DNA from: an uncultured Thermoplasmata archaeon
Lineage (GTDB): Archaea > Thermoplasmatota > Thermoplasmata > Lutacidiplasmatales > UBA184
Assembly: GCA_963797975.1 (NCBI GenBank)
Contig: CAWCRH010000006.1
Coordinates: 10,754 to 74,753, forward strand
Reading direction: 5' to 3'
Length of the DNA stretch: 64,000 nucleotides
The notes beneath the pieces are model-generated. The model saw only the letters and a list, made by a program, of their open reading frames with translations, did no database searches and was not told the origin of the DNA. Shown in pieces: positions 10,449 through 20,971 of this stretch; within the stretch, counting starts at the first letter, position 1; every line of letters begins with the position of its first letter. Position numbers and translations under genes: made by a program.

Positions 10449-11900
10449 TCAACCTTTGATGACGCCCATCGGGGTCAGGCGTGCGACGCGTCGGGTGAGC
10501 CCGGCTCCTTCGGCGACCCGCACGACCTCTTCCACGTTCTTGTAGGCGCCGGGGGCCTCCTCGGTCACGCCCTCTCGCGACGCGGCGCGGACCTGGATCC
10601 CACGCGCGCGAAGTGCGCGGGTGACGTCGTCGTAGCGGAAGGCGCGGACCGCAGCATGCCGGCTCAGCCGCCGTCCTGCGCCGTGGCAGGAGGAGCCGAA
10701 CGACCGCTCCATCGAGGTCGGAAGGCCGACGAGCACGTAGCTCGCGGTCCCCATGTCACCGGGGATCAGCACGGGCTGGCCGAAGCTTCGATACTGCGTC
10801 GGGACCTCCTCCCGTCCTGCCGGAAAGGCCCGCGTCGCCCCCTTTCGGTGGACGAGAACGCGTCGCCGACCGTCCCCATCCGAGTGCTCCTCGACCTTCG
10901 CGATGTTGTGGGCGATGTCGTAGATGACACTCACTCCGGTCTCATCCGGCGCGCGATGGAACGTGGAGGCGAACGCGCGACGGACCCCGTCGGTGATCGC
11001 CTGGCGGTTGGCCCACGCGAAGTTCGCGGCGGCGGCCATCGCCCCCAAGTAGCGCTGGCCCGCGTCGGACGCGATCGGGGCGCAGGAGAGCTGCCGGTCC
11101 ACGAGCGGAGTTCCGTTGGCCTGCAGCGTGCGGTCCATCGCCTGGATGAAATCGGTCGCGACCTGGTGGCCGAGCCCTCGGGAGCCCGTGTGCAGCATGA
11201 CGACGACCTCGTCGACCGCGAGCCCCAGCGCGGTCGCGCAGTCGGGGTACGGGAGGGCGTCGACGCGCTGGATCTCGAGGAAATGGTTGCCGCTCCCGAG
11301 CGTGCCGAGCTGTCGGCTTCCCCGCTTTCGGGCCGCATCGCTGACTTGGGCGGGGTCGGCCCCGGCCAGGCACCCACCCTCCTCCTGGACCGGAAGGTCG
11401 GCCTCGACACCGGCACCCCGTTCGACCATCCATCGGGCGCCCCCGACGAGGACCTCCTCGAGCTCGGAGGGAGAGACCGGATAGCCCCCTTTCGACCCGA
11501 CACCGGACGGTACCCGCCGGTACAGTTCGTCTAGGAGCTCGGTCAGGTGGGGCGTGACCTCGGCGGTCCTCAACCCCGTACGCACGAGCCGAACGCCGCA
11601 GTTGATGTCGTAGCCGATCCCGCCTGGGCTCACGATCCCTTCGTTCAGGTCGAACGCGGCCACCCCTCCGACGGGAAAGCCGTAGCCGAAGTGGATGTCC
11701 GGCATCGCGAGCGCGTTTCGCACGATCCCGGGCAGGGTCGCGACGTTCGCGAGCTGCTGGAGCGAAGGGTCTCCCTCGACCCCTTGGAGCAGGGCCGCGT
11801 CGGAGAAGAGCACCCCCGGCACGCGCATGCCGATGGACGGGTCCATCGGGATCTCGTAGGTGAACTCGTCGCGGGCGATGAGCACGGGGGTCTTCGTCAC
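10449..11900 (-). CDS. rtcB: RNA-splicing ligase RtcB
   Basis: MPDIHFGYGFPVG, GYDINCG, GTLGSGNHFLE, HRKGATRA, HGAGR; start estimated at GTG 11900. Confidence 0.97.
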   Translation of the reverse strand: MTKTPVLIARDEFTYEIPMDPSIGMRVPGVLFSDAALLQGVEGDPSLQQLANVATLPGIVRNALAMPDIHFGYGFPVGGVAAFDLNEGIVSPGGIGYDINCGVRLVRTGLRTAEVTPHLTELLDELYRRVPSGVGSKGGYPVSPSELEEVLVGGARWMVERGAGVEADLPVQEEGGCLAGADPAQVSDAARKRGSRQLGTLGSGNHFLEIQRVDALPYPDCATALGLAVDEVVVMLHTGSRGLGHQVATDFIQAMDRTLQANGTPLVDRQLSCAPIASDAGQRYLGAMAAAANFAWANRQAITDGVRRAFASTFHRAPDETGVSVIYDIAHNIAKVEEHSDGDGRRRVLVHRKGATRAFPAGREEVPTQYRSFGQPVLIPGDMGTASYVLVGLPTSMERSFGSSCHGAGRRLSRHAAVRAFRYDDVTRALRARGIQVRAASREGVTEEAPGAYKNVEEVVRVAEGAGLTRRVARLTPMGVIKG

Positions 11901-12004
11901 GACCGATGTCGAAATGCCGGTCGTATTAGAGGGAAGAGGGGAGCGGCACCCACCGGCGACAAACCCCAAGTAGGGCGAGCTTCCTACGTCTCCCAAGGCG
12001 GGCG

Positions 12005-12381
12005 ATGCAGCTCGGCCGGCTCCTCACCATCATCAATTTCGTCCTTCTCGGCACCGCGATCGCGGTCTACCTCTACCTTCCGTCCGTCGCCGACATCTTC
12101 TTGTACGTTCTGCTGGCGTGGATGTTCGGGAGCATCGTGCTGTTCTACCTCCCCATCTCTCAACGGCGGATCGGCAGTGGTGCGGCGCCTCCTCCGGCCA
12201 CCAGTGCCGCCTCGGCCGGGCCGGGGGAGGAGCCGCGCTCGCCTCGGTCGGACCCGTCGGAGCGATGACCGCCCCGGCCTCCGAGCCCGCGGCCCTCGCC
12301 TTTTGCATCTACTGCGGGACCGACCTCCCGGCGGGTGCGCTCGTCTGCCCGGCTTGCGCTAAGCCGGTACGCCGTATCTGA
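12005..12381 (+). CDS. Small membrane protein with C-terminal zinc ribbon (probable frameshift in G-run near 12225)
   Basis: 2 TM ORF 12005-12268 plus CIYCG...CPAC ribbon in the adjacent frame; one added G joins them. Confidence 0.6.
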
Positions 12382-12399
12382 GCAAGGAGGCCGGAATCG

Positions 12400-12720
12400 T
12401 TGGGGCGGCGACGGAGCTTTGGAGAGTACCCCTTCGTAGCGGTCGCCGCGCTCGTCGGCGCGCTCACGGTAGGCCTCATCGTACTCGGGCTCGAGTTGAA
12501 GTGGGGGATCTTCTCCTACGTCCTCGTCGTGATCCCCATCGCGGTCGCCGCTGCGTATCTGGTCAGCTATGCACGCGTCGCCCCGCCCCCCGTCGTCGCG
12601 CCGCCTCCATCCCCGGCCGCATCTCCGACGACGGACGAGGAAGAACCGTTCATCGACCCGGTCGAGGAGGCGGACCGGATCGCGAGCGGGGAGACCCTTC
12701 CACCTCCGCCCTCGGATTAG
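12400..12720 (+). CDS. Hypothetical membrane protein with Pro/acidic tail
   Basis: 2 TM segments, GGAGG upstream of the start. Confidence 0.65.
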   Translation: MGRRRSFGEYPFVAVAALVGALTVGLIVLGLELKWGIFSYVLVVIPIAVAAAYLVSYARVAPPPVVAPPPSPAASPTTDEEEPFIDPVEEADRIASGETLPPPPSD

Positions 12721-13274
12721 TCCGGCGCGATCCGGACCATCGCTTCGTGGGCGCGAACGTTCGAACCGGCGCCCACCGTGATCTGGAGGACCCGGCCGGC
12801 GACCGGGCTCGCGATCTCGTTCCGCATCTTCATCGCCTCGAGGACGAGGAGAACCTGGTCTTTCGCCACGTGGTCGCCCACGCGGACTTTCACCTCGATG
12901 ATCTTGCCGGGCATGGGAGGAACCACCGCGGTCCCCGCCCCTCCTTCTTCGCTCGGTCGTTCCTTGGGGGTCGCCGGGATCACGATCGTCGCAGCCGGCC
13001 TCATGGTGGCCGGTCGGGAAGCTCCGACCTCCGCGCGGACCTCGCTCAGTCGCCACCGTTCCCCGTTCACATCGACCGGTCCCGGCGGCTCCGCGAGCCC
13101 CTTCGGCCACCCCTCGACGACGACCTTCTCGCCGCCGACCTCGAGCTCGATACGGTCGGGAGCCTCGGCGACGACCGTGTACGGGTAGCGGTGCTCCCCG
13201 ACCACCACTGTAGATCCGGCGAGGTCGACCTCGACCGATTCCCGCTTACCGTCGCGAACGATGCTGAGCCGCAT
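12717..13274 (-). CDS. Stand-alone biotin carboxyl carrier protein (1.3S-like)
   Basis: PMPGKI...LEAMKMRNEI biotinylation motif; GGAGGTG SD before ATG 13274. Confidence 0.92.
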   Translation of the reverse strand: MRLSIVRDGKRESVEVDLAGSTVVVGEHRYPYTVVAEAPDRIELEVGGEKVVVEGWPKGLAEPPGPVDVNGERWRLSEVRAEVGASRPATMRPAATIVIPATPKERPSEEGGAGTAVVPPMPGKIIEVKVRVGDHVAKDQVLLVLEAMKMRNEIASPVAGRVLQITVGAGSNVRAHEAMVRIAPD

Positions 13275-14782
13275 CGACCCACCTCCGTTGGCCGAGGAGC
13301 CGGGCACGCCCTTCATGCGCCCAGGGATTGACCGACCCTGCGTCGGCGGCGCGTGGGGCCGACGCCGATCGCGCGGCGGATTCGCGGGGCGCGCGTAGCG
13401 CTCCCACGATCCCGAGCGCCGCGCTCGTCAGGACCTCGTCCTTGAGCCCCTGGTCGAGGGCCGCACGATAGGAGCGGTAGACCTGAGGGAAGACCGCGTA
13501 GGAGAGGACCTCGGCGTCGTCCGCCGCTGGAACGAGCTGACGGACCTCCATGAGCCGCTTTTCGAACTCGGGCGGCAACAGGTCCGCCGGGCGGCCGGTG
13601 ATCGCGGGCTCGTCGCGAGTGACCTTCGCGCGGAGCACCGGATCGAGCGGGCCGGGTGGGCTCCCGTAAAGCCCGCGCACGTAGTCGCGGACCTCCCGAG
13701 TGATCGTGGCATAGCGCGTCCCGGCTAGCACGTTCATGACGGCTTGGATCCCCACGATCTGGCTGGTCGGCGTGACGAGCGGCGGGTAACCGAGGTCGGC
13801 CCGTACGCGCGGGATCTCTTCGAAGACCTCCTGCAGGCGGTCGAGGGCCTCCTGCTCTTCGAGCTGGCTCAGCAGGTTCGAGAGCATGCCGCCGGGGACC
13901 TGGTGGAGCAGGATCTGGGGGTCGGTCTGCAGGGCTCGGATATTGAGCAGGCCGCGGTAATGCTCCAGGACACGGCGGAAGTGTTCCGATATCTCCGCCA
14001 AGGCCCCGAGGTCGAGCTTCGGGTCGTGGTCGGTCCCGCGCCAGGCGCCGACCAGCGCTTCGGTCGGTGGCTGGGAGGACCCACCGGCGAACGGGCTCAG
14101 GGCGCTGTCGACCGCGGTCGCCCCAGCCTCGACGCACGCGAGGCAGGTGAGCGCCGACATTCCGCTCGACGAGTGAGTGTGGACGACCACGGGCAGTCCG
14201 ACCTCTTTGACCAGCACACGGACCAGCCGGGCGCCTTGATCCGGGGGCATGAAACCGCCCATGTCCTTGACACACAGCTCGTCCGAGCCGAGTTCGGCGA
14301 GCCGTCGACCGAGCCGAACGAACGAGCGCTAGGTCATGCACCGGCGACTGCGTGTAGCAGATCGTTCCCTGGGCGATCCCGCCGGCCTTCTTGACCGCGT
14401 CCAGTGCGACCTCCATGTTCCTCGGGTCGTTGAGCGCGTCGAAGACGCGGAAGATCGTGATTCCCTGACGGGCCGACTCCTGGACGAAGCGACGGACGAC
14501 GTCGTCCGGGTAGTGGCGATAGCCGACCAGGTTCTGCCCGCGCAAGAGCATCTGAAGAGGGGTGTTCGGCATCGCCCGCTTGAGCAGGCGCAGTCGCTCC
14601 CACGGGTCCTCTCGTAGGAACCGTAGGCACACATCGAACGTCGCACCACCCCAGACCTCGAGAGAGCGGTAGCCGATGGCATCCAGTTGCTCCGCCACCG
14701 GGAGCATGTCCTTCGTGCGCATCCGCGTCGCGATGAGCGATTGATGACCGTCGCGAAGGACCGTCTCGGTGATCTCGACCAT
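13246..14782 (-). CDS. Pyruvate/oxaloacetate carboxyltransferase (transcarboxylase 5S / OadA / PycB family), frameshift near 14325
   Basis: [39 protein letters not shown] across two frames; no fused biotinyl domain. Confidence 0.9.
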
Positions 14783-14804
14783 GGAGCCCGACCGTTCGGA
14801 GACC

Positions 14805-16349
14805 TTACAGTGGAATGTTCCCGTGCTTCTTCGCCGGCCGGTCCTCTCGCTTCGAGCTCAAGATCGCGAGGCCGGCGACCAGGCGTGGCCGCGTCTCGGC
14901 CGGGTCGATGACATCGTCGATGTAGCCCCGCTCCGCGGCCAGGTACGGATTCATGAACTGGGTTCGGTACTCCTCGACGGGCCCGTGGTTGCCGGCGCGG
15001 TTACCCGAGCTCCCTTCGCCGGAGCTTCGGAACAGGATCTTGACAGCGCCCTCGGCGCCCATGACGGCGATCTCGGCGCTGGGCCACGCGAAGTTGAGGT
15101 CCCCTCCGAGGTGCTTCGAGCACATCACGTCGTAGGCTCCGCCATAGGCCTTACGGAGGATGACCGTCAGCATCGGGACCGTCGCCTCGGCGTAGGCGTA
15201 CAGGAGCTTGGCACCGTGGCGAATGATCCCGCCGTGCTCCTGCGCGGTGCCCGGCAGGAAGCCGGGGACGTCCACCAGCGTGATGAGCGGAACGTTGAAC
15301 GCGTCGCACGTTCGGACGAATCGGGCCGCCTTCGTCGACGCGAGGATGTCGAGCGTACCGGCGAGCTGAGCCGGGTTGTTCGCGACTAGGCCAACCGCCC
15401 GGCCATCAAGCCGCGCCAATCCGACCACGATGTTTGGGGCCCAGGCGGCGTGGACCTCCAGGAAGGAGGCGGGGTCGACCACGCGGTCGACCACGGAGCG
15501 GACGTCATACGGCGCGTTCGTGTCGTCCGGGACGACCGTCCTCAGCTCGACCGCAGCCGACGCGGGCGGGGCGACCGCGGCCGAGACGGGGGGTTCCTCG
15601 AGGTTGTTGAGAGGAAGGTAACCCAGCAGCCGTCGCGCGAGCTCGAGCGCCTTCGCGTCGTTCTCGGCCGTGAAGTGCGAGACCCCGCTCGTCCCTGCGT
15701 GAGCGTCCGCGCCTCCGAGCTCCTCCAACGATACGGTCTCACCGGTCACTTCCTTCACTACGTCCGGGCCGGTAATGAACATCTGCGAGGTCCCTCGCGC
15801 CATGATGACGAAGTCGGTGATCGCGGGCGAGTAGACGGCGCCCCCGGCGCACGGCCCCAGGACGAGCGAGATCTGCGGGACGACACCGGAGAGGTTCACG
15901 TTCCGTAGGAAGACGTCCCCGTAGCCGCCGAGGCTCACCACCCCCTCCTGGATCCGAGCGCCTCCGGAGTCGTTGAGCCCGACCATGGGGACCCCGGCCT
16001 TTCGGGCGAGCTCCATGACCTTCACGATCTTAGTCGCGTGCGCTTCTCCCAGGGCTCCGCCGAAGACGGTCGCATCTTGGGCAAAAGCGCAGACCGGCCG
16101 CCCCTCGACCTCGCCCCAGCCGCAGACGACGCCATCTCCTCGGACGCGTCGCTCGTCCATGCCGAACCCGGTCGCACGATGGGTGACGAACCGGTCAGTC
16201 TCGTTGAACGTACCGGGGTCGAAGAAGGTCTCCAACCGTTCGCGGGCGGTCATCTTCCCGGCCGCGTGCTGTTTGGCGACCCGCTCCGGACCGCCCCCTT
16301 CCTTCGTCGCGCGCTTCAGAACGTCCCATCGGTCAAACGCTCGACTCAT
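14805..16349 (-). CDS. Acyl-CoA carboxyltransferase (PccB/MmdA/transcarboxylase 12S family)
   Basis: [42 protein letters not shown]. Confidence 0.95.
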   Translation of the reverse strand: MSRAFDRWDVLKRATKEGGGPERVAKQHAAGKMTARERLETFFDPGTFNETDRFVTHRATGFGMDERRVRGDGVVCGWGEVEGRPVCAFAQDATVFGGALGEAHATKIVKVMELARKAGVPMVGLNDSGGARIQEGVVSLGGYGDVFLRNVNLSGVVPQISLVLGPCAGGAVYSPAITDFVIMARGTSQMFITGPDVVKEVTGETVSLEELGGADAHAGTSGVSHFTAENDAKALELARRLLGYLPLNNLEEPPVSAAVAPPASAAVELRTVVPDDTNAPYDVRSVVDRVVDPASFLEVHAAWAPNIVVGLARLDGRAVGLVANNPAQLAGTLDILASTKAARFVRTCDAFNVPLITLVDVPGFLPGTAQEHGGIIRHGAKLLYAYAEATVPMLTVILRKAYGGAYDVMCSKHLGGDLNFAWPSAEIAVMGAEGAVKILFRSSGEGSSGNRAGNHGPVEEYRTQFMNPYLAAERGYIDDVIDPAETRPRLVAGLAILSSKREDRPAKKHGNIPL

Positions 16350-17107
16350 CACTCTACCTCCACGTCGCCCGTTCTTATCGCTACTCGTTCATAGGCCCGA
16401 ACGAGCCAGAGCTCGCCTTCCTCGCCCAGGGTATCGAGAACGCCGGCGGGCACCCCGTCGACTTTGACCGAGTGACCGACCCCGTAGAGGGCCGCTCGGC
16501 ACTCATCGAGAACGGTCCGTGCCTCGCTCGGAGAACGCAGTCGCTCCCCCGCGCGGAGCGCCGCATGGACGATCCATTCCTCGACGGCCTCCAACGCGGG
16601 CGGAGGACGGACCCAGTCCTCAAGGGCCGCGATTCGGCTCTTCAGCTCTGGCGGAGAGGCGCCGCTCGAGGTCCGCACGTTCACCCCGACCCCGACCACT
16701 TCGGCGATCCCCAAGGACGGCGATTCCACCTCGTCAATCAAGATCCCGGAGATCTTTCGTGGGGGAGATGGACCGTCCAGCATGAGCAGGTCGTTCGGCC
16801 ATTTGAGCACCGGGTCTAGCCCCGTCCGGGCACGGAGGGTCGTCCGAAGCTCGGACCCAACGGCGAGGGCGAGGAGCGTCCGGGGTGCGGGGGGAGCTCG
16901 CACCACGATGGAGAGATAGACACCGGCTCCGGCGGGGGACCACCAGCCGTGGTCGAGCCGACCTCGGCCGAGCCGCTGCGTGCGGGCGACGACGAGGGTC
17001 CCTTCAGCCGCTCCCGACCGCGCCAGCTCGATCGCCCGGTCCTGGGTCGAATCGACGACCTCGTAGAACTCGCGAGGACCCACGATGGCTCCTCCGCTCC
17101 GTGGCAA
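16349..17107 (-). CDS. birA: Biotin--protein ligase
   Basis: DSTQD, QRLGRGR, KWPND, KISGIL, GVGVNV. Confidence 0.92.
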   Translation of the reverse strand: MPRSGGAIVGPREFYEVVDSTQDRAIELARSGAAEGTLVVARTQRLGRGRLDHGWWSPAGAGVYLSIVVRAPPAPRTLLALAVGSELRTTLRARTGLDPVLKWPNDLLMLDGPSPPRKISGILIDEVESPSLGIAEVVGVGVNVRTSSGASPPELKSRIAALEDWVRPPPALEAVEEWIVHAALRAGERLRSPSEARTVLDECRAALYGVGHSVKVDGVPAGVLDTLGEEGELWLVRAYERVAIRTGDVEVE

Positions 17108-17175
17108 CGCGGACGCGGCATAACTGTTTAAGGTCCGGGCCGGGACCTTATCCTCCCCCTACACTCGGGTCGTCC

Positions 17176-17544
17176 GTGAGCGAGACAGCGAGCCCGGTCG
17201 CGGCGACCCTCAAGAAGATGGCTCCGGACCTCGAGCGAGAGATTGCGCCGCGACTCCAAGGCTTCATGGGCGCGATCATGCGCTCCTACCTCCCTCAGAC
17301 ATGGGTTTTGCGCACCGAGTCGGAGACCGTGAGCCTAACAGTGGACCGCCAGGGAAAGGCGACGGTGACGCCTAAAGCGCTCCCCGATCCCGATGTGACC
17401 ATCGAAGCCAAACAAGCAACCATGCTGACGTCCCTTTCGCAGGGGTCGAAGACGAAGGCCCGAACGAGCGACTTTCACGTGACGATGCACACGAGCAAGG
17501 GCAAGACCGCTTTCGAATTCCTCCGTACGCGCTTCGGATTCTGA
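17176..17544 (+). CDS. Hypothetical protein, possibly SCP2-like lipid-binding fold
   Basis: GTG 17176 downstream of TTTAAG-like boxes; PDVTIEA pattern only. Confidence 0.5.
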   Translation: MSETASPVAATLKKMAPDLEREIAPRLQGFMGAIMRSYLPQTWVLRTESETVSLTVDRQGKATVTPKALPDPDVTIEAKQATMLTSLSQGSKTKARTSDFHVTMHTSKGKTAFEFLRTRFGF

Positions 17545-17670
17545 GGACCCGGGGAAGGAACGCCCCGGCGGGGGGCTCCCTCCCTCCGCTGGTCGAGGCG
17601 CGGCACCGACTGGTGCGACTGATACGCGAAATTCGCGCATTCATAGTCGAAAACCATGCCGTTCCAGTCC

Positions 17671-17677
17671 GATATAT
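17671..17677 (+). promoter_or_regulatory. TATA-like box of pst operon
   Basis: GATATAT about 25 nt upstream of GTG 17701. Confidence 0.45.
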
Positions 17678-17700
17678 GGACCGCGACCCGTGGAGCGTTC

Positions 17701-18966
17701 GTGAGCGGCAACCTGGCGAACGGCGCGAAGGCCCCGGACGCAGCGAACGCACCGACGAATGGAACCACTCCCGCACCGCTCCCCACCCTGCATCGCCGAC
17801 GTTCTATGGCCCCGGTCATCGCGATCGTGGTCGTGCTCGTCATCGTAGCTGCGGGGATAGGAATCGGGTACCAACAGCACTGGTTCGGAGGGGGCGGCGG
17901 GTCCGGCACTCACGCCGGCACCTGTCCCATGGGCGTCACGCTCGCCGGCAACGGAGCACAGTTCGTGAACCCGCTCGTGAGCCAGTGGGCGGCGAGCTAC
18001 TCCTCCCAGACGCAGAATGTCGTGAACTATGTGGACGGCGGGTCGGGCGCGGGCATAACGGACCTCGAGGACACGACGGTCGATTTCGCGGTCACCGATG
18101 ACCCGCTATCGCCCTCCGAGACCGCCGCGATGCCGGGGACCACCCTGACCTTGCCCGTGACGGGAGGGGCGCTCGCGATCCTGTACAATCTCCCCGGCGT
18201 CCCGGGTCACCTCAACCTCTCCGGGGCGGTCCTAGCCGACATTTACCTCGGCAAGATCACCCAGTGGAACGACCCCGCCATCCAAGACAACAACACGGGG
18301 CTCTCGCTTCCGGCCCAGACGATCCAGACGGTCCACCGCTCGGACGCCGCGGGCACGACGTTCGTCCTGACCAACCTGTTGTCGGACGACAGCATAGCCT
18401 GGCATCAGGGCCCCGGCACAGGGATCTCGATCTCTTGGCCCTCGAACCCTCCAGAGTCGGAGGCGATCAAGGGGAACTCAGCGCTGCTGAGCTACGTCCA
18501 AACCACCCACTACACCATCGGCTACTCGGACCTCACGGATGTCCTCACGGCCTCCTCCCCTGTCCAGTACGCCGCCGTCCAGAATCCGACGGGCAACTGG
18601 ATCGTCCCGACGCTCGCCAACACCGCTTCCGCGCTCTGGGATGCCGTGAACACTACCACGTTCCCGACCTCGGCCGGCAACTGGTACGCGGTCAGCGCTG
18701 TCAATGCCCCGGGGGCCACGGACTACCCGCTGGCGACCTTCGCTTACCTGTTCGTCTTCCAGAACGCGAATGTAGGTTTCGAGCCGAGCCTCCAGAAGAC
18801 CCAGGTGCTGAACCAGTGGCTCGCGTGGATCCTGAGCACGGGGCAGACGGAATCGAGCGGACCGAATCTCTACTACGTGGCCCTTCCTCCCACGCTCGTT
18901 AGCATCGACCAGGCCGGGATCCAGACCATCACGTATGGAGGAACGGCGGTCCCTGCCTGCACGTGA
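17701..18966 (+). CDS. pstS: Phosphate ABC transporter substrate-binding protein
   Basis: GSGAGI, VDFAVTD, HRSDAAGTT, YPLATF; N-terminal membrane anchor; start uncertain. Confidence 0.92.
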   Translation: MSGNLANGAKAPDAANAPTNGTTPAPLPTLHRRRSMAPVIAIVVVLVIVAAGIGIGYQQHWFGGGGGSGTHAGTCPMGVTLAGNGAQFVNPLVSQWAASYSSQTQNVVNYVDGGSGAGITDLEDTTVDFAVTDDPLSPSETAAMPGTTLTLPVTGGALAILYNLPGVPGHLNLSGAVLADIYLGKITQWNDPAIQDNNTGLSLPAQTIQTVHRSDAAGTTFVLTNLLSDDSIAWHQGPGTGISISWPSNPPESEAIKGNSALLSYVQTTHYTIGYSDLTDVLTASSPVQYAAVQNPTGNWIVPTLANTASALWDAVNTTTFPTSAGNWYAVSAVNAPGATDYPLATFAYLFVFQNANVGFEPSLQKTQVLNQWLAWILSTGQTESSGPNLYYVALPPTLVSIDQAGIQTITYGGTAVPACT

Positions 18967-20969
18967 GGGCGCGGTAGAGGGTCCCCCTCCCGGGTCGGCA
19001 GCGGTGGCGACCGGACCGAGACGGGACCGGCGCATCCAGCGGCTGGGGGCGTTCGACCGCCTGTTCCACACGGTCACCGGGCTGGTGGCCGCCGGGATTC
19101 TCCTCCTGATCGCGGCCATCTCCCTCGTCCTGGTCACCCAGGCGTACCCATCGATCGTTCACTTCGGGCCCGGGTTCCTTCTCTCCTCCTCGTGGGACAG
19201 CGTCCACAGCAACTTCGGAGCGTTGCCCGCCATCGTGGGTACTCTCGTGACGAGCGTGATCGCGCTCGTGATCGCGGTCCCCATAGCGCTCGGCGCCGCG
19301 ATGTTCATGTCCGACCTTGGCCCCCGGCGCCTGAGGGAGCCGCTCACCTACATCATCGACCTCTCCGCGGCCGTCCCCTCGGTCGTATTCGGGTTCTGGG
19401 CGTTCATCGTCGTGGTCCCGTGGATGCGATCGACCGCGGAACCGGACCTCGCCTGGCTCACGGGGGGCCGCTTTCCCTTCGGCGGACCTCCCCTCGGCCT
19501 CGACATCCTCACCGCCTCGATCGTACTCGCCATCATGATCATCCCGACGGTTGCCGCGCTCTCCCGCGAAGCGCTGCGCGCGGTACCGGCTTCCCAGCGG
19601 GACTCGGCCTTGAGCCTCGGGATGACCCGGTGGGATGCGCTGCGCATCGCGGGCCTACGCCCGGCGGCCCCCGGGATAGCGGCCGCCATCGTCCTCGGAC
19701 TCGGCCGAGCCCTGGGCGAGACGATCGCCGTCCTGATGGTGATCGGCAACATCTACCAGCTCCCGACCTCGCTATTCTCCCCGGGGACCACGCTGGCGAG
19801 CTGGATCGCGAACGACTTCACTGCGGTCGGCCCCGGTCTCGAGATGAACGCCCTCCTCGAGCTCGGAGTGGTCCTGCTGGTCGTCACTGTGGTCGTGAAC
19901 GTGATCGCGCGTTTGTTCTTCCGGCGCATCGCGAAGCTCCCCCGAAACGGCGACGAGGCCACTCTCGGCGACGCCGAAGCGACCTCCGCGTCGGAGGTCC
20001 CGAGCCCGAACGTCGCCCCCATCTCCCCGAGGCTGCAGGCCCTCGCCGCCCTCCCGCCCCCGCCCCCTCACAGCGCGCCGTGGCGGGCGCGTCGCCTCGA
20101 ACGCAGACGTTGGGTCTACTACATCGCGATCGGCCTGGTCAGCCTCGCCATCGTGCTCGCGCTCGTGCCGCTCGTGGACGTCACGTACATCGCGGCCGAG
20201 CGCGGCGGTTCGGCCGTCATCCAGCCGTCGTTCTACACGTCGGTCCCGCCGATCGGATGTAATCCGGGCCACGGCGTGAACTGCTCTCTGGGCGGGATCG
20301 GTCCGGAGATCCAAGGGACACTCATCATGCTCGGGCTCGGCGCGGCGATCGCGCTCCCGGTCGGGATCTTCAGCCGGGATCTACCTCGCCGAATACGGGA
20401 GAGGTCGGTTCGCGAGGGCGGTCGACTTCGTCGTGGACGTGATGACGGGGATCCCGACCATCTTGCTCGGCGTCTTCGTGTTCGTCGTGTTCCTGCGGCT
20501 GGACCACAACGCGGCCTTGAGCGCGCTCTCGGGCTCGGTCGGGCTCGCCATCCTGATGATCCCGATCGTCGTGCGCGGGACGGTCGAGGCCCTGAGGACC
20601 GTTCCCCGTGAGGTCCGAGAGGCCGCGGCAGCTCTGGGCTTTCCGCGCTACCGGACGAACTTACGGGTCGCGTTGAGTTGCGCTCGAGGAGAGCTGGTCA
20701 CGGGTGCGTTGCTCGCCGCCGCCCGCGCCGCCGGGGATACCGCCATCCTGCTCGTGACCGCGGGGGGGAGTATCCTTTGGTTCCAGGGACTGAACTCTCA
20801 GACCGCGGCGATCACGCCGTTCATCTTCAGTAACTTCCAGTCGGAGTACACCAATCTGCAGACCGATGCTTGGGGCGCGGCCCTGGTCCTCCTCATTATC
20901 ATGCTCGCGATCAACCTGGGGGCCCGCCTCGCGACACGCTCCCACGTCGTGATCGCGGAGCCCGGGTGA
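18935..20969 (+). CDS. pstC-pstA: Fused phosphate permease PstC-PstA (frameshift near 20372)
   Basis: AVPSVVFG and GRALGET (PstC) continue in frame into the PstA N-terminus; GIPTILLG and ARAAGDTA follow in the next frame. Confidence 0.85.
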
Positions 20970-20971
20970 CC

